Shown here piece after piece: positions 1 to 9,559 of a DNA stretch of 64,000 nucleotides (its first letter is position 1; the number at the start of each line of letters is the position of its first letter). The notes below the pieces were generated by a model. The model had not been told where the DNA came from. It saw only the letters and a program-made list of their open reading frames with translations, and did not search any database. The stretch covers positions 3,940-67,939 of the forward strand of contig CAZHRU010000003.1 of the NCBI GenBank assembly GCA_964535015.1. The letters are read 5' to 3'. The stretch comes from an uncultured Verrucomicrobiota bacterium (GTDB taxonomy: Bacteria; Verrucomicrobiota; Kiritimatiellia; CAIKKV01; CAITUY01). A program made the position numbers and the translations under genes.

Positions 1-2162
1 GTGTACTGGAGGAGTTTCAGGCCAGGCGAGGGAAGTTGGGCGGGCAGGCTGCCGGGTTTGAGCAGCACCAGCGCCAACTGCGTATTTTGGGGCACCTGAC
101 GGAAGCGGCGCTGGCCTCATCGTCGTTCGTCGAGGCGTTGCGCGAATTAAGCGACGGTCTGGCTGAATTGCTTTCGTGTGATGTGGCGGGGTTGCTCGGT
201 TTTTCGGAGGGCCAGAAGATCCTGGTCCTGAGCGCGCAGAAGAAGGTGACCGAGGAGTTTCTGCGCCAGGCCGAGAGCGAGGTGATCAGCCGGTACAACT
301 CGCTTAGCGGTCAGCAGTTACAACGAACCGACTTGCGGATTCAATGGGAGGGGGAGCCGGTGACGGCGGACGGGGCCCCGGTCCCCGATCGGATGCTGGT
401 CATTCCGATCCTGGTTGGCAATGAAGTCAAGGGGGTGCTGTTGCTGGCGGCGGCGGCGGCCGAAGCCTTTGCCGAGACGGACATCGCCTTCATGTATCAC
501 ACCGCCAATCTGCTTTCGGCGATTCTTTCGGCGGTCAACCGGATCCGTCAGATGGCGGTACATGATGCGTTGACGGGGTTGCACAACCGGGCGCACCTTG
601 AGGAGCAGTTGGAGCGGGCCTGGTCCCTGGCCCGGCGGCATGGTCACCACATGGCGGTCATGATCATGGATTTGGACTACTTCAAGACCTTCAACGACAG
701 TCACGGGCACATGGTGGGGGACCGGTTGCTGAAGGAGTTTGCCGATATCCTGAAGCGGTCGGCACGAACGACGGATGTGGTGGCCCGGTATGGGGGTGAT
801 GAGTTTGTCATCATGTTGCCGGAGACTGATTTGCCGGCGGGCCTGATGTTGGGGAACCGCGTGTTAAAGCTGGTGAGCGAGCATGTATTCTGTGCCGATT
901 CGCTGGGGTTGAAGTTGACGGCCTCGATCGGGGTGGCCACCAGTCTGGATGTTGACCCGGAGGCGCGCGCGTCCGAGATGTTGCGTCTTGCCGATATTGC
1001 GTTGTATGACGCGAAACGTGAGGGGCGCAACTGTGTCCGGTTGTGGTCGGCGGGGAGGGGGGGGCGGGAAACGCAGGCGCCCGAGGGGGGGGCGGAAGGA
1101 CGGGACAAGCCGGGACAGGGGCGAATTCTTCTGGTGGACGACGACTTGGCGATCCTGGAGGTGGTGTCGAGCATGCTGGGGAGCGCTGGTTACACGGTTG
1201 ATGCGGAATCCTCATCGTCGGAGGCTTTTCGCCGGTTGGAGGAGAGCGTCGGGGTTTATGACGTGGTTTTGACGGACCTGCTGATGCCGGACGTGGATGG
1301 CCTGCAGATTCTGGACCGGGTTCGCATGATTGATACGTTGGCGATGCCGATTGTGATGACGGGGCAGGCCACCAAGGATACAGCGGTGTCCAGTTTGCGG
1401 CACGGGGCGTTTGAGTTCATCGAGAAGCCGATCAGAAAGGGTGAACTACTGGCGGTGGTGGAGCGCGCCCGCGAGTACAGGCGGCTCAGGGTGGAGAACG
1501 ACCGTTACCGGATCAGGCTGGAGGACATGGTTCGCCAGAAGAGCAGTGAGTTGGTTGATGCGCTGGAGCGGGTCAAGCACTCGCATGAGTTCACGTTGCT
1601 GGCGCTGGCCAGTCTGTTGGATGCGCGGGAACAGGCGACGGGGCGGCACAGTCTGCGGGTACGGGACTTGGCGTGTGTGCTGGGGCAGGAGATGGGGATG
1701 ACGGAGCACGAATTGAACACGTTGAGGCAGGGCGCCTTGTTGCACGATATCGGCAAGATCGCCGTGCCCGATGCCATTCTTCTCAAGCCGGGGCCGCTGA
1801 CGGAGGAGGAGTGGAAAGTGATGAAGACGCACTCGGAGGTCGGGTACAACATCCTCAAGATCAGTCCGTACATGCAGGAGGTGGCCGATCTGGTGTACTC
1901 GCATCAGGAGCGGTATGACGGGACGGGGTATCCGCGGGGATTGAAAGGCGATGCCATTGCGCTCACGGCGCGGCTGTTTGCGGTGGTGGATGCGTATGAC
2001 GCGATGCGGTCGCATCGGCCTTACCGCCGGGCCATGACTTCGGTCCGGGCGGTGGAGGAGTTAAAGCGGAATGCCGGGACCCAGTTTGATCCGGCGGTGG
2101 TGGCGGCCTTTCTGCAGTGCGAGCATGCCATTGAAGCGGTGGGCCGCTGGGTGCCGGACTGA
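1..2162 (+). CDS. Multidomain c-di-GMP signalling protein: GAF - GGDEF (diguanylate cyclase) - receiver (REC) - HD-GYP phosphodiesterase. Open at the 5' window edge, so possibly N-terminally truncated.
   Basis: ORF 36..2162, and the frame stays open upstream to nt 3. GGDEF motif RYGGDEFVIM. REC motif ILLVDDDLAILEV...VLTDLLMPDVDG. HD-GYP motifs HDIGKIAVPD and YSHQERYDGTGYPRGL. Confidence 0.8.
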   Translation, partial: VLEEFQARRGKLGGQAAGFEQHQRQLRILGHLTEAALASSSFVEALRELSDGLAELLSCDVAGLLGFSEGQKILVLSAQKKVTEEFLRQAESEVISRYNSLSGQQLQRTDLRIQWEGEPVTADGAPVPDRMLVIPILVGNEVKGVLLLAAAAAEAFAETDIAFMYHTANLLSAILSAVNRIRQMAVHDALTGLHNRAHLEEQLERAWSLARRHGHHMAVMIMDLDYFKTFNDSHGHMVGDRLLKEFADILKRSARTTDVVARYGGDEFVIMLPETDLPAGLMLGNRVLKLVSEHVFCADSLGLKLTASIGVATSLDVDPEARASEMLRLADIALYDAKREGRNCVRLWSAGRGGRETQAPEGGAEGRDKPGQGRILLVDDDLAILEVVSSMLGSAGYTVDAESSSSEAFRRLEESVGVYDVVLTDLLMPDVDGLQILDRVRMIDTLAMPIVMTGQATKDTAVSSLRHGAFEFIEKPIRKGELLAVVERAREYRRLRVENDRYRIRLEDMVRQKSSELVDALERVKHSHEFTLLALASLLDAREQATGRHSLRVRDLACVLGQEMGMTEHELNTLRQGALLHDIGKIAVPDAILLKPGPLTEEEWKVMKTHSEVGYNILKISPYMQEVADLVYSHQERYDGTGYPRGLKGDAIALTARLFAVVDAYDAMRSHRPYRRAMTSVRAVEELKRNAGTQFDPAVVAAFLQCEHAIEAVGRWVPD

Positions 2163-2184
2163 GGCGTTGTGTTGTGTCGGCGGG

Positions 2185-3585
2185 TTATCCGGGTTCACCA
2201 GCCTGTTCCACTTCCGCGGCGCGGATATTCAACAAGCGCATGCGGTAGTTGAGGATTCTCCTTGTGGTACCCAGGAGTTTTGCCGCGCGGGTCTGGACCC
2301 CCTTGGTTTGCCGGAGCGCGTCGAGGACCAGGCGTCGTTCGAAGGCGTTGACGGCATCTTCAAGCGAGGTGCCGGCCGGCACGGACTGGTGAGGGGTGAC
2401 GGGTGTGATGGGGGCGGTCCGCCGCAACGGGTCCGGGAGATCATCGGCGGTGATCTGGGTTTCGCCGGCGTGCAGGACCAGCATCCGTTCTATGAGGTTA
2501 CGCAACTCGCGGACGTTACCCGGCCAGGGGTATTGTTGCAGGATGGCGAGGGCATCGGGGGTAAAGCCGGCGACCTTGACGTGCATGGACCGGCGGAAGG
2601 ATTCCAGGAAATACTTTGCCAACCGGGGAATGTCGTCCTGGCGTTCACGCAGGGGCGGAAGGCGGATGGGGACTACATTCAGCCGATAGAAGAGGTCGTC
2701 GCGGAATTTCCGGAGGCGGACTTCCTCGGTGAGGTCCCGTGCGGTGGCGGCCACGATGCGCGCGTTGGTGCGGATGATCTGGGTGCCGCCGACGCGCATA
2801 TATTCCCGTTCCTGCAACACGCGCAGTAACTTCACCTGGGTTGAGAGGGACATTTCGCCGACTTCATCGAAGAAGATGGTTCCCTGACCGGCGAGATCAA
2901 AGCGACCGGACTTGCGGGTGTCGGCGCCGGTGAAGGCTCCTTTTTCATGTCCGAACAGTTCGCTTTCGAGGAGGGTTTCGGGCAGGGCGGCGCAATGAAC
3001 GGGGATGAAGGGTTCATCGTGCCGGTTGGCGAGTGCATGGAGGCGGCGGGCGATCAACTCCTTGCCGGTACCGCTCTCGCCGGTGATCAGGACGGTGGCA
3101 TCGGTATCGGCGGCCTTGGCGACATCCGCCATGGCGGCCAGGAATGAGGGGGATTCGCCGACGAGGGCGCTGACGGGGAATTCCTGTTCCACCTCTTTCT
3201 GCAGGGTTTCGACACGGCGCCGCAAGGCGCTGGTTTCCAGGACACGGGCCACGATGCGGCGAATCTCGTCCACATCGAAGGGTTTGACCACGAAATCGTA
3301 GGCGCCAGCCTTCATGGCCTCGACCACGGGGCGGACGGAGGCCGAGGCGCTGACCATGACGCAGGGCAATTCCGGGTAGAGGTGCTGGATCTCCTTCAGG
3401 AGCGTGATGCCGTCCTTTTCGGGCATGAGCACATCCAGCAGAACGAGATCGACCGACTGGGTTTCCAGAGTTTTGGAGGCGGCGGCCGCGTGTTCGGCCA
3501 GGGTGAGGTGGTAGGAGCGGGCGAAGACTTGCCGGAGGGATTCACGGCTGCCGCGGTCATCATCGACAATCAGGATGCGTTTCAT
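2185..3585 (-). CDS. Sigma-54-dependent transcriptional response regulator (NtrC/AtoC family: REC - AAA+ sigma-54 interaction - Fis-type HTH).
   Basis: N-terminal REC domain MKRILIVDDDRGSRESL. Walker A GESGTGKELIARRLH. GAFTGA motif (EKGAFTGA). C-terminal HTH AKLLGTTRRILNYRM. The 4-nt ATGA overlap with the upstream kinase indicates an operon. Confidence 0.9.
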   Translation of the reverse strand: MKRILIVDDDRGSRESLRQVFARSYHLTLAEHAAAASKTLETQSVDLVLLDVLMPEKDGITLLKEIQHLYPELPCVMVSASASVRPVVEAMKAGAYDFVVKPFDVDEIRRIVARVLETSALRRRVETLQKEVEQEFPVSALVGESPSFLAAMADVAKAADTDATVLITGESGTGKELIARRLHALANRHDEPFIPVHCAALPETLLESELFGHEKGAFTGADTRKSGRFDLAGQGTIFFDEVGEMSLSTQVKLLRVLQEREYMRVGGTQIIRTNARIVAATARDLTEEVRLRKFRDDLFYRLNVVPIRLPPLRERQDDIPRLAKYFLESFRRSMHVKVAGFTPDALAILQQYPWPGNVRELRNLIERMLVLHAGETQITADDLPDPLRRTAPITPVTPHQSVPAGTSLEDAVNAFERRLVLDALRQTKGVQTRAAKLLGTTRRILNYRMRLLNIRAAEVEQAGEPG

Positions 3586-5588
3586 GGTGGTGGCCCTCCT
3601 CCTTCAATAGCCGGAAGGCGCACGGTGACACAGGTTCCGAGTTCGTTCGAGTGAATGGCGATCTGGCCGTTATGGTCAAGGATGGTGCGTTGTGCGACGG
3701 GGAGGCCGAGGCCGATTCCGCGTGCCTTGGTGGTGTAGAAGGGGGAGAAGACCTTGCTGAGGTGATCGGCGGGGATGCCCGGGCCGTTATCCTTGACGAC
3801 AAGGACCACGGTGGGTTGGAGGGGGTCGTCCTGTTGGGCATGCAGGAGGAGGGACAGTTCGGGACGGGGTTGGTTGGCCAGGGCCTCGATGGCATTGCGG
3901 ATGAGGTGCTGGAAGGCTTCACCAAGGGCGCGGGCGTCGCCGTTCACCTTGGGAATGGGGGTATCGGCTGAGATTCGCGTATGGAGGGCCTCGCGTTGTG
4001 CGGGCGTGAGGAGCGAGGCGAGGGAGGTCTCCACAATGGCGGCGATGTTCAGAGGTGATGGATGGAGGGGTGGGGGGTGCGCGTAGTCGTTGATCTGATT
4101 GATAATGGCGTTCAGGCGGTCCACTTCCAAAGAGACGAGGTCGCTGAACTCGGCCCGGAATTCCTTGTCGTCGTACCGTTCCGGCAGCAATTGGGCAAAG
4201 GTTTTGATGGTGACCAGAGGGTTGCGGACCTCGTGTGACATTCCGGCGGCCAGTTCGGCCCAGAAGGTGGCGCGTTCGAGCCGTTCTGTTTTTTCCAGGA
4301 GGATTGCCTGATCGGTCACGTCCTGGATGATGGCCAGGGCGCCCAGGCAGAGGGCGCGGTTGATCAGGCGTTCTGTCCGGACGATCAGGCTGCGACGGGT
4401 GGATGGATCAATCCAGGACGCATTGCCGGGGACCCCATTTTCGCCCAGGGTGCGCCGGAAGATATCGGCCAGACGACCGTCGACGGCCTCAATGGGGTGG
4501 CCGGTGGCGGATTCGGCGTTGCCGCCGATCATGTCACGGGCGGCTTGATTGCACCAACGGACGATGCCATCGGCGTCCACGGCGATGATGCCGGAGGGGA
4601 GGGCATGGAGGAGGGTTTCGGCCAGTGTTTTCTGAAGTGTGACCTCCTCAAGGAGCAGGGCGTTCTCAAGCGTTGTGGAGACGCAGTCGGCGAGGGCGAT
4701 CAGGTTTTCGACACGGGTATTGTCGAAGGGGGCCCCGGTGGAGAGGTGGCCGACGTGGATCCAGCCGAGGAGTCGGTCGCGGGATTGGAGAGGAACGAGG
4801 GCCTCGGCGCCCAGTTGATCCAGTGTCTGAGCGAGAACGAGGCGGGTGGTGGGGTCCTCGGTGAGGTTCAGGTTGGAACGGGTGATGGCGTGGGCCCGGA
4901 GTTTCAGCCAGCGGACGAGCGGGTGGTTGGCATCGAATTCCAGTCCGGCGGTGTTTTCCATGCAGCGGACATTTGCCCTGAGTCGGTAGTATTCGCCGTC
5001 GCGGGTGCGGCAGAAGATGCCTACGCGCGCCACCTTCAGGGTGCCGGCGGTTTCATCGGCGAGACGGTGCAGGAGGGAGTCCACATTGCTGAACTGACGG
5101 AGTGCGGAGGAGAAATCGCTGACCGTGAGGCAGGCCGGGCGGGTATCGGCGTTGCGGGTGGTGTCGGAGTTTATGATGGCGGACAGGCGGGCGGTATCGG
5201 CCCGCAGGCGGCGATTATCCTCGGCGGTGGACAGATGAGTCAAGGCGCGTTCAACCAGAGAGGAGATTCGGCGGTAGTCCGCCTCGGCGTCCTCCACGGC
5301 ATAGAGTCCCATTCCCTGTGCGGCGAGCATGGGGTCGCTGCCGGGGACGCCAAAGGCGATGATCAGGCCGTGGGGCCAGGAGGCGGTCAGGTGGTGGAGT
5401 TGGTCGAAAACGCCGGGGGACTGGAGATCCATCAGTAGGAGGCAGGCGGGCAGGCGGTCGAGTTCGGCGGACAGTTCATGTGGTGAGGACACGGGTTGCA
5501 CCGAGACGATGCCGTCCAATCCCGCGCACAGGCGTTGAGCCCATGTGTCGGAATTACTGCAAAGCAGACAGGTTAGGGGTGATTTCAT
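3582..5588 (-). CDS. Cytoplasmic sensor histidine kinase (N-terminal REC-like domain, GAF, PAS, HisKA, HATPase_c; NtrB/AtoS type).
   Basis: H-box MSHEVRNPLVTIKTFAQLL. G-box/HATPase DNGPGIPADHLSKVFSPFYTTKARGIGLGL. No predicted TM segments. Start/stop overlaps with neighbouring genes on both sides. Confidence 0.85.
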   Translation of the reverse strand: MKSPLTCLLCSNSDTWAQRLCAGLDGIVSVQPVSSPHELSAELDRLPACLLLMDLQSPGVFDQLHHLTASWPHGLIIAFGVPGSDPMLAAQGMGLYAVEDAEADYRRISSLVERALTHLSTAEDNRRLRADTARLSAIINSDTTRNADTRPACLTVSDFSSALRQFSNVDSLLHRLADETAGTLKVARVGIFCRTRDGEYYRLRANVRCMENTAGLEFDANHPLVRWLKLRAHAITRSNLNLTEDPTTRLVLAQTLDQLGAEALVPLQSRDRLLGWIHVGHLSTGAPFDNTRVENLIALADCVSTTLENALLLEEVTLQKTLAETLLHALPSGIIAVDADGIVRWCNQAARDMIGGNAESATGHPIEAVDGRLADIFRRTLGENGVPGNASWIDPSTRRSLIVRTERLINRALCLGALAIIQDVTDQAILLEKTERLERATFWAELAAGMSHEVRNPLVTIKTFAQLLPERYDDKEFRAEFSDLVSLEVDRLNAIINQINDYAHPPPLHPSPLNIAAIVETSLASLLTPAQREALHTRISADTPIPKVNGDARALGEAFQHLIRNAIEALANQPRPELSLLLHAQQDDPLQPTVVLVVKDNGPGIPADHLSKVFSPFYTTKARGIGLGLPVAQRTILDHNGQIAIHSNELGTCVTVRLPAIEGGGPPP

Positions 5589-8083
5589 GGTGGTGCCGTG
5601 CCGTCGTTGAACAGTGGGAACTGTAGGGTGAATGTGGTTCCCTGCCCGATCGCGCTCTTGACGTCGATGATGCCGCTGTGTTCATGAATGATGCCGTGGG
5701 CGACGGAAAGCCCAAGGCCGGTGCCGTGGCTTTTGGTGGTGAAGAAGGGGTCGAAGATGTGAGTGAGGGCGTCCTGGGCGATGCCTTCGCCGGTGTCCTG
5801 GATGGAGAGGACGATATGGCGTCCGTTGGGGTGATGGTTTGGAGGGGAGAGAGGGTGGTAGTCGGTGGTGGTGATGGTCAGGGTGCCGGAGTCGGGCATG
5901 GCATCGATGGCGTTCAGGAAGAAGTTAATGAGGGCCTGGCCCAACTGATGGGCGTCGGCGTTGATCAGGTCGGAGGTGGCCTCGAAGTGTTGTTCCAGCC
6001 GGATGTCTTTCTGGCGGAGTTGCTGACTCATCAGTTTGGTGGCGTGGTCGAGGACTTCGTGGAGGTGGGAAGGGGCGAGGATGGGGCGGGACGGTCGTGA
6101 GAAGCGCAGGAGTTGGTTAACGATGGTGTCGATGCGTTTGACTTCGGATCCGACCAGGGAGGTGAAGGTGTCGCGGAAGTCGGCGTCGTCGAAGCGTTCG
6201 GGGAGGAGTTGGGTGAAGGTTTTGATGGAGACGAGGGGGTTCTTGATTTCGTGGGCCATGCCCGCGGCGAGGGTGCCGATACTGGCGAGGCGGTCGGTCC
6301 GGCGGACTTGCAGTTCCAGTTGGCGGATGGCGGTGAGGTCGTTGATGACCAGGAACGCGCCCATCATCTGGCCGGTGTGGCTGTAGAACACGGAACTGCT
6401 GACGCGGACGGGGGTTTCGGTGTCGTCGGGCCAAGGGAGGATGATATCCTTGTCGCGGGTGCCCTGGCCTTGAGTGATGGTTTCCGTGAAGACGTCGGCG
6501 AGAGCGGGGGGGATGGCGGCGAGGGTGGTGGGAGCGGAGGCGAGGTGGAGAATGCGTTGAGCCTCGCGATTGAAGACGGTCAGGTTGCTGTTGGTGTCGG
6601 CGGCGATGACGCCGCTGGCGAGGCCATCCACGAGTAGGTCGTTGTAGAGTTTGGCATTTTGGACCTCGGTATAGAGGCGGGCGTTATTCAGGGCGATGGC
6701 CAGTTGGTTGCACAGGAGTTGCAGTCCCTGTTGGTCGGGCGCTCCGTAGATGCGTCCTGACAGTTTGGGTCCAAGGAGGAGAATGCCTTCAAGGCCGTCC
6801 GGGGACCGCATGCCGGCGGCGGCGGAGATCTTGATATTGTCGAGGAACTGGATGGTCTGCGCCATGGTGGGGTTGGGATTGAGGCGTTTTATGATGTCCG
6901 GGACGATGGTCTCGCCGCTCTCCCTGAGCATTTGGGGCAGGATGTCGTGTTGGCTGATTGTCAACGGTGTGGAGCCTGGAGTGAGCGGGTAGCGTTCGAC
7001 ATAGGAATCGTCCTTGGCGAAGAGGATGCGGACTTGATCCGTGCCCGTCGCCTCCGCCACCAGGCGGGCGAATTCAGAAACCAAGGCGTCTATCGTGGTA
7101 ATCGATCGCAGGATATTGGATGTCGATTGCATGGCGGAGGAAACATCCATGGGGGCAAAATGGATAAAGACGCGATTGGCGAACCGTTGCATCCGGCCGT
7201 GAGCCGGGGCGAGTGAGAAGGCGGTTGTCAAGGCGGCAAGAAAATGGGCGATGGGATGGTTGGAAATGTGGAATACCGAGAGTAGCTGGTTTACCGGCCA
7301 CCAGGTGACGAAATAGACGATGGAGAGATAGAAGATCAACAGGCTGTAGGCAATGGCCATTCGGAAGACGTAGGCCATGTCCATGATGCGGCGAGTGGCG
7401 ATGCCATAGGCGATGACGACATCCAGCACGATGACTGACAAGGGGGCAAGTTGAATGGGCGCGGACGTCTCCATAAACAGGGGAACGAGGATGACCAATC
7501 CGAGGGCGGACAACAGGCCAAGGGCGGCCCCCAGAAGGACATAGTTCATTTCCGCGCGGCGGATGCCTTGCAGGTGTTTCAGGGAGCGGGCGAACTCCCA
7601 GATGAGAAGGATCAGGGACCCCGTGAAGAAGACCGGGAAAAGCCAAAAGGCCACACCAAAGACAGGTTCCGGGACCGCCATGGCGGGGTTGGCGGGATTG
7701 GAGGGGGAGTACATGCCTTGCACGATGAGCGGGGTTAGGGAGGCGGTCAGCGACAAGGCAATGGCCGCGCCCAGCCAGACGCGGTTACGGGTGATGATTT
7801 TCCAGCTACTGTCGGCGGGGAAAAGAATGGACTGGCGGAGCCAGTCGAACGTCAGCGGGAAAAGGGCGGCCATGCTGTGACAAAAGCGAATCAAGAACAG
7901 GGTGATGCGATCCGACGGAGCAGAAAAGCCGAGGGCGAGCGCGATGAGCCAACACGCCAGAATGCCGGACAGGACCATGAATAGTTGATTGGTTGGCCGG
8001 CGGGGGTTGGTTCGATAGACGCTGATGCCCAGTCCCACGTCAAACCCGACGGCGATGAGATGGAAAACTGATAAGATGTTCAT
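5585..8083 (-). CDS. Membrane-embedded sensor histidine kinase (about 8-9 TM helices, then GAF/PAS, HisKA, HATPase_c).
   Basis: The N-terminal ~330 aa are highly hydrophobic, with multiple TM segments. H-box AAGMAHEIKNPLVSIKTFTQLLPERFDD. HATPase IQDTGEGIAQDALTHIFDPFFTTKSHGTGLGL. Confidence 0.85.
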   Translation of the reverse strand: MNILSVFHLIAVGFDVGLGISVYRTNPRRPTNQLFMVLSGILACWLIALALGFSAPSDRITLFLIRFCHSMAALFPLTFDWLRQSILFPADSSWKIITRNRVWLGAAIALSLTASLTPLIVQGMYSPSNPANPAMAVPEPVFGVAFWLFPVFFTGSLILLIWEFARSLKHLQGIRRAEMNYVLLGAALGLLSALGLVILVPLFMETSAPIQLAPLSVIVLDVVIAYGIATRRIMDMAYVFRMAIAYSLLIFYLSIVYFVTWWPVNQLLSVFHISNHPIAHFLAALTTAFSLAPAHGRMQRFANRVFIHFAPMDVSSAMQSTSNILRSITTIDALVSEFARLVAEATGTDQVRILFAKDDSYVERYPLTPGSTPLTISQHDILPQMLRESGETIVPDIIKRLNPNPTMAQTIQFLDNIKISAAAGMRSPDGLEGILLLGPKLSGRIYGAPDQQGLQLLCNQLAIALNNARLYTEVQNAKLYNDLLVDGLASGVIAADTNSNLTVFNREAQRILHLASAPTTLAAIPPALADVFTETITQGQGTRDKDIILPWPDDTETPVRVSSSVFYSHTGQMMGAFLVINDLTAIRQLELQVRRTDRLASIGTLAAGMAHEIKNPLVSIKTFTQLLPERFDDADFRDTFTSLVGSEVKRIDTIVNQLLRFSRPSRPILAPSHLHEVLDHATKLMSQQLRQKDIRLEQHFEATSDLINADAHQLGQALINFFLNAIDAMPDSGTLTITTTDYHPLSPPNHHPNGRHIVLSIQDTGEGIAQDALTHIFDPFFTTKSHGTGLGLSVAHGIIHEHSGIIDVKSAIGQGTTFTLQFPLFNDGTAPP

Positions 8084-9324
8084 AGGAACCCCGGGGGCCG
8101 CTCGACAATGAGAGTGCTGTTATTGCCCCCCAGTCCGTGGGAGTTGATCAATACAACCCTGGCGTCAATGCGTCGGGCTTTCCAGGGGACATAGTCGAGG
8201 TCGCAGGCGGGGTCGGGTTTGTCAAGATTGGTTGTTGGGGTAAGAATTCCATTTCGCATGCCCATGGAACTGGCGATGACTTGGAGCGGGCCTGCGACGG
8301 CGAGGGGGCTGCCGATAACGCCTTTGATGGAGGTTACCGGTGTCCGGTAGGCAAGAGGCCCGAAGACTCTCTTGATCATTAACGTCTCGATGCGGTCAAT
8401 AAGGGGATGTCCGGGGCCATGGGCGGAAATATAGTCCACACTTTCTGTTCTTATGCCTGCGTTGGCAAGAGCCATACGCATGGTGTCTTCAAGGCCAGAA
8501 CCGGGTTGAGCGAGGTCGGGATCCACACGGGTAGCAAACCCGGTGATCTCGAGATAAGGCCGTACCCCACGCCTCCGGGCATGTTCAAGGCTTTCCAGAA
8601 TCAGGATTCCCGATCCTTCGGAGAGGACTCCCGAATCCCGGTCAAGGTCAAACGGACGACAGGCTTTCCCCGGGGTGTCGTTGCGCGTCGAGAGCAAACC
8701 GCCTGCTGCCATGGCTGAATAGGTCAAGGTGTTGATGGGGGCATCTGTGGCGCCACACATCCCGATTTCGGCTTTTCCGCGTCGGATCAGATCGGCGGTG
8801 GCGGCAATGGCGTCAATTCCCGCCGTGCAGGCGGAACCTGTTGTTGTGGCCTGGGTGATACGGGGGATGTATTGGGCCAATATACTGGCGGCATGATGGG
8901 GATGCGAGGCTTGAGCCAGATGGGCATGCATGCGTTCAGGCCCGTGGGCCAGCAGGCGGTCATGGATTTGGGCAACGACCTCAATGGCGATCGAACCGAC
9001 TCCCAGTATCAAAGGGAAGGGTTGATTGCCGGTGCGATGTTCCGTAAGGGATGCATCCTTGAGAGCCTCGTAGGCGGCCGCCAGGGCCATCTGGGTTTGG
9101 CGGGCGATTCGCTTGGTGCTGATATGATGCCCCACATGGACTGAGGGATTGAAGTCCTGAACTTCGCCGGCAATTCGACTTGGGTATCCGGTGGTATCAA
9201 ACGACCGGATCGCCTTGATGCCGCTCCGGCACGCAACAAGTGATTCCCAAAAGGCAGTCTTCCCTATTCCATTTGGTGCAACGACGCCCAATCCAGTGAC
9301 AACCACTCTATTGCAAATTGCCAT
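8080..9324 (-). CDS. Beta-ketoacyl-ACP synthase II-like condensing enzyme (FabF/KAS family), first gene of the kinase/NtrC operon.
   Basis: KAS N-terminus MAICNRVVVTGLGVVAPNGIGKTAFWESL...RIAGEV. C-terminal NSHGLGGNNSTLIV motif. The tracked ORF is extended; the real ATG is at 9324. There is a 4-nt overlap with the HK start at 8083. GC is intermediate (~55%). Confidence 0.8.
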   Translation of the reverse strand: MAICNRVVVTGLGVVAPNGIGKTAFWESLVACRSGIKAIRSFDTTGYPSRIAGEVQDFNPSVHVGHHISTKRIARQTQMALAAAYEALKDASLTEHRTGNQPFPLILGVGSIAIEVVAQIHDRLLAHGPERMHAHLAQASHPHHAASILAQYIPRITQATTTGSACTAGIDAIAATADLIRRGKAEIGMCGATDAPINTLTYSAMAAGGLLSTRNDTPGKACRPFDLDRDSGVLSEGSGILILESLEHARRRGVRPYLEITGFATRVDPDLAQPGSGLEDTMRMALANAGIRTESVDYISAHGPGHPLIDRIETLMIKRVFGPLAYRTPVTSIKGVIGSPLAVAGPLQVIASSMGMRNGILTPTTNLDKPDPACDLDYVPWKARRIDARVVLINSHGLGGNNSTLIVERPPGFL

Positions 9325-9559
9325 CTTCTGTTGCCTGGGGAAGGTTTCCTTATTCAAGCACTTGTGCAGAGAGAAACTTTCGTGTTGAGAAAACGCGCAA
9401 AAATAATAACTATTACCTCGCAAATATGGCGCTGAAAGGGTTATGTTCAAAAGTGCGCATCTAATGTTCAAGTTTGTACAAAGACGTCCAGCCAATTGCA
9501 AGGAATAAATCAACGAACTGTGATGGAATTGTTGGTGAGTGCTTAGAAAAGGAGATGCA

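Noticed and set aside
2071-2829. Long antisense and overlapping ORFs throughout the track (e.g. 2071..2829, 4497..5438, 6113..6637, 11721..13262, 14023..14874, 17907..18650, 21925..23124, 24344..25246, 28574..29440, 30780..31649, 35692..36609, 36811..37791, 43144..44058, 47096..48151, 53060..54718, 55105..56508, 59713..60843, 63164..63832).
   Set aside because: Typical stop-codon-poor shadow ORFs of a high-GC genome. Each lies opposite or overlapping a gene with clear family motifs. Their translations are low-complexity (R/G/A/P-rich) and lack motifs.
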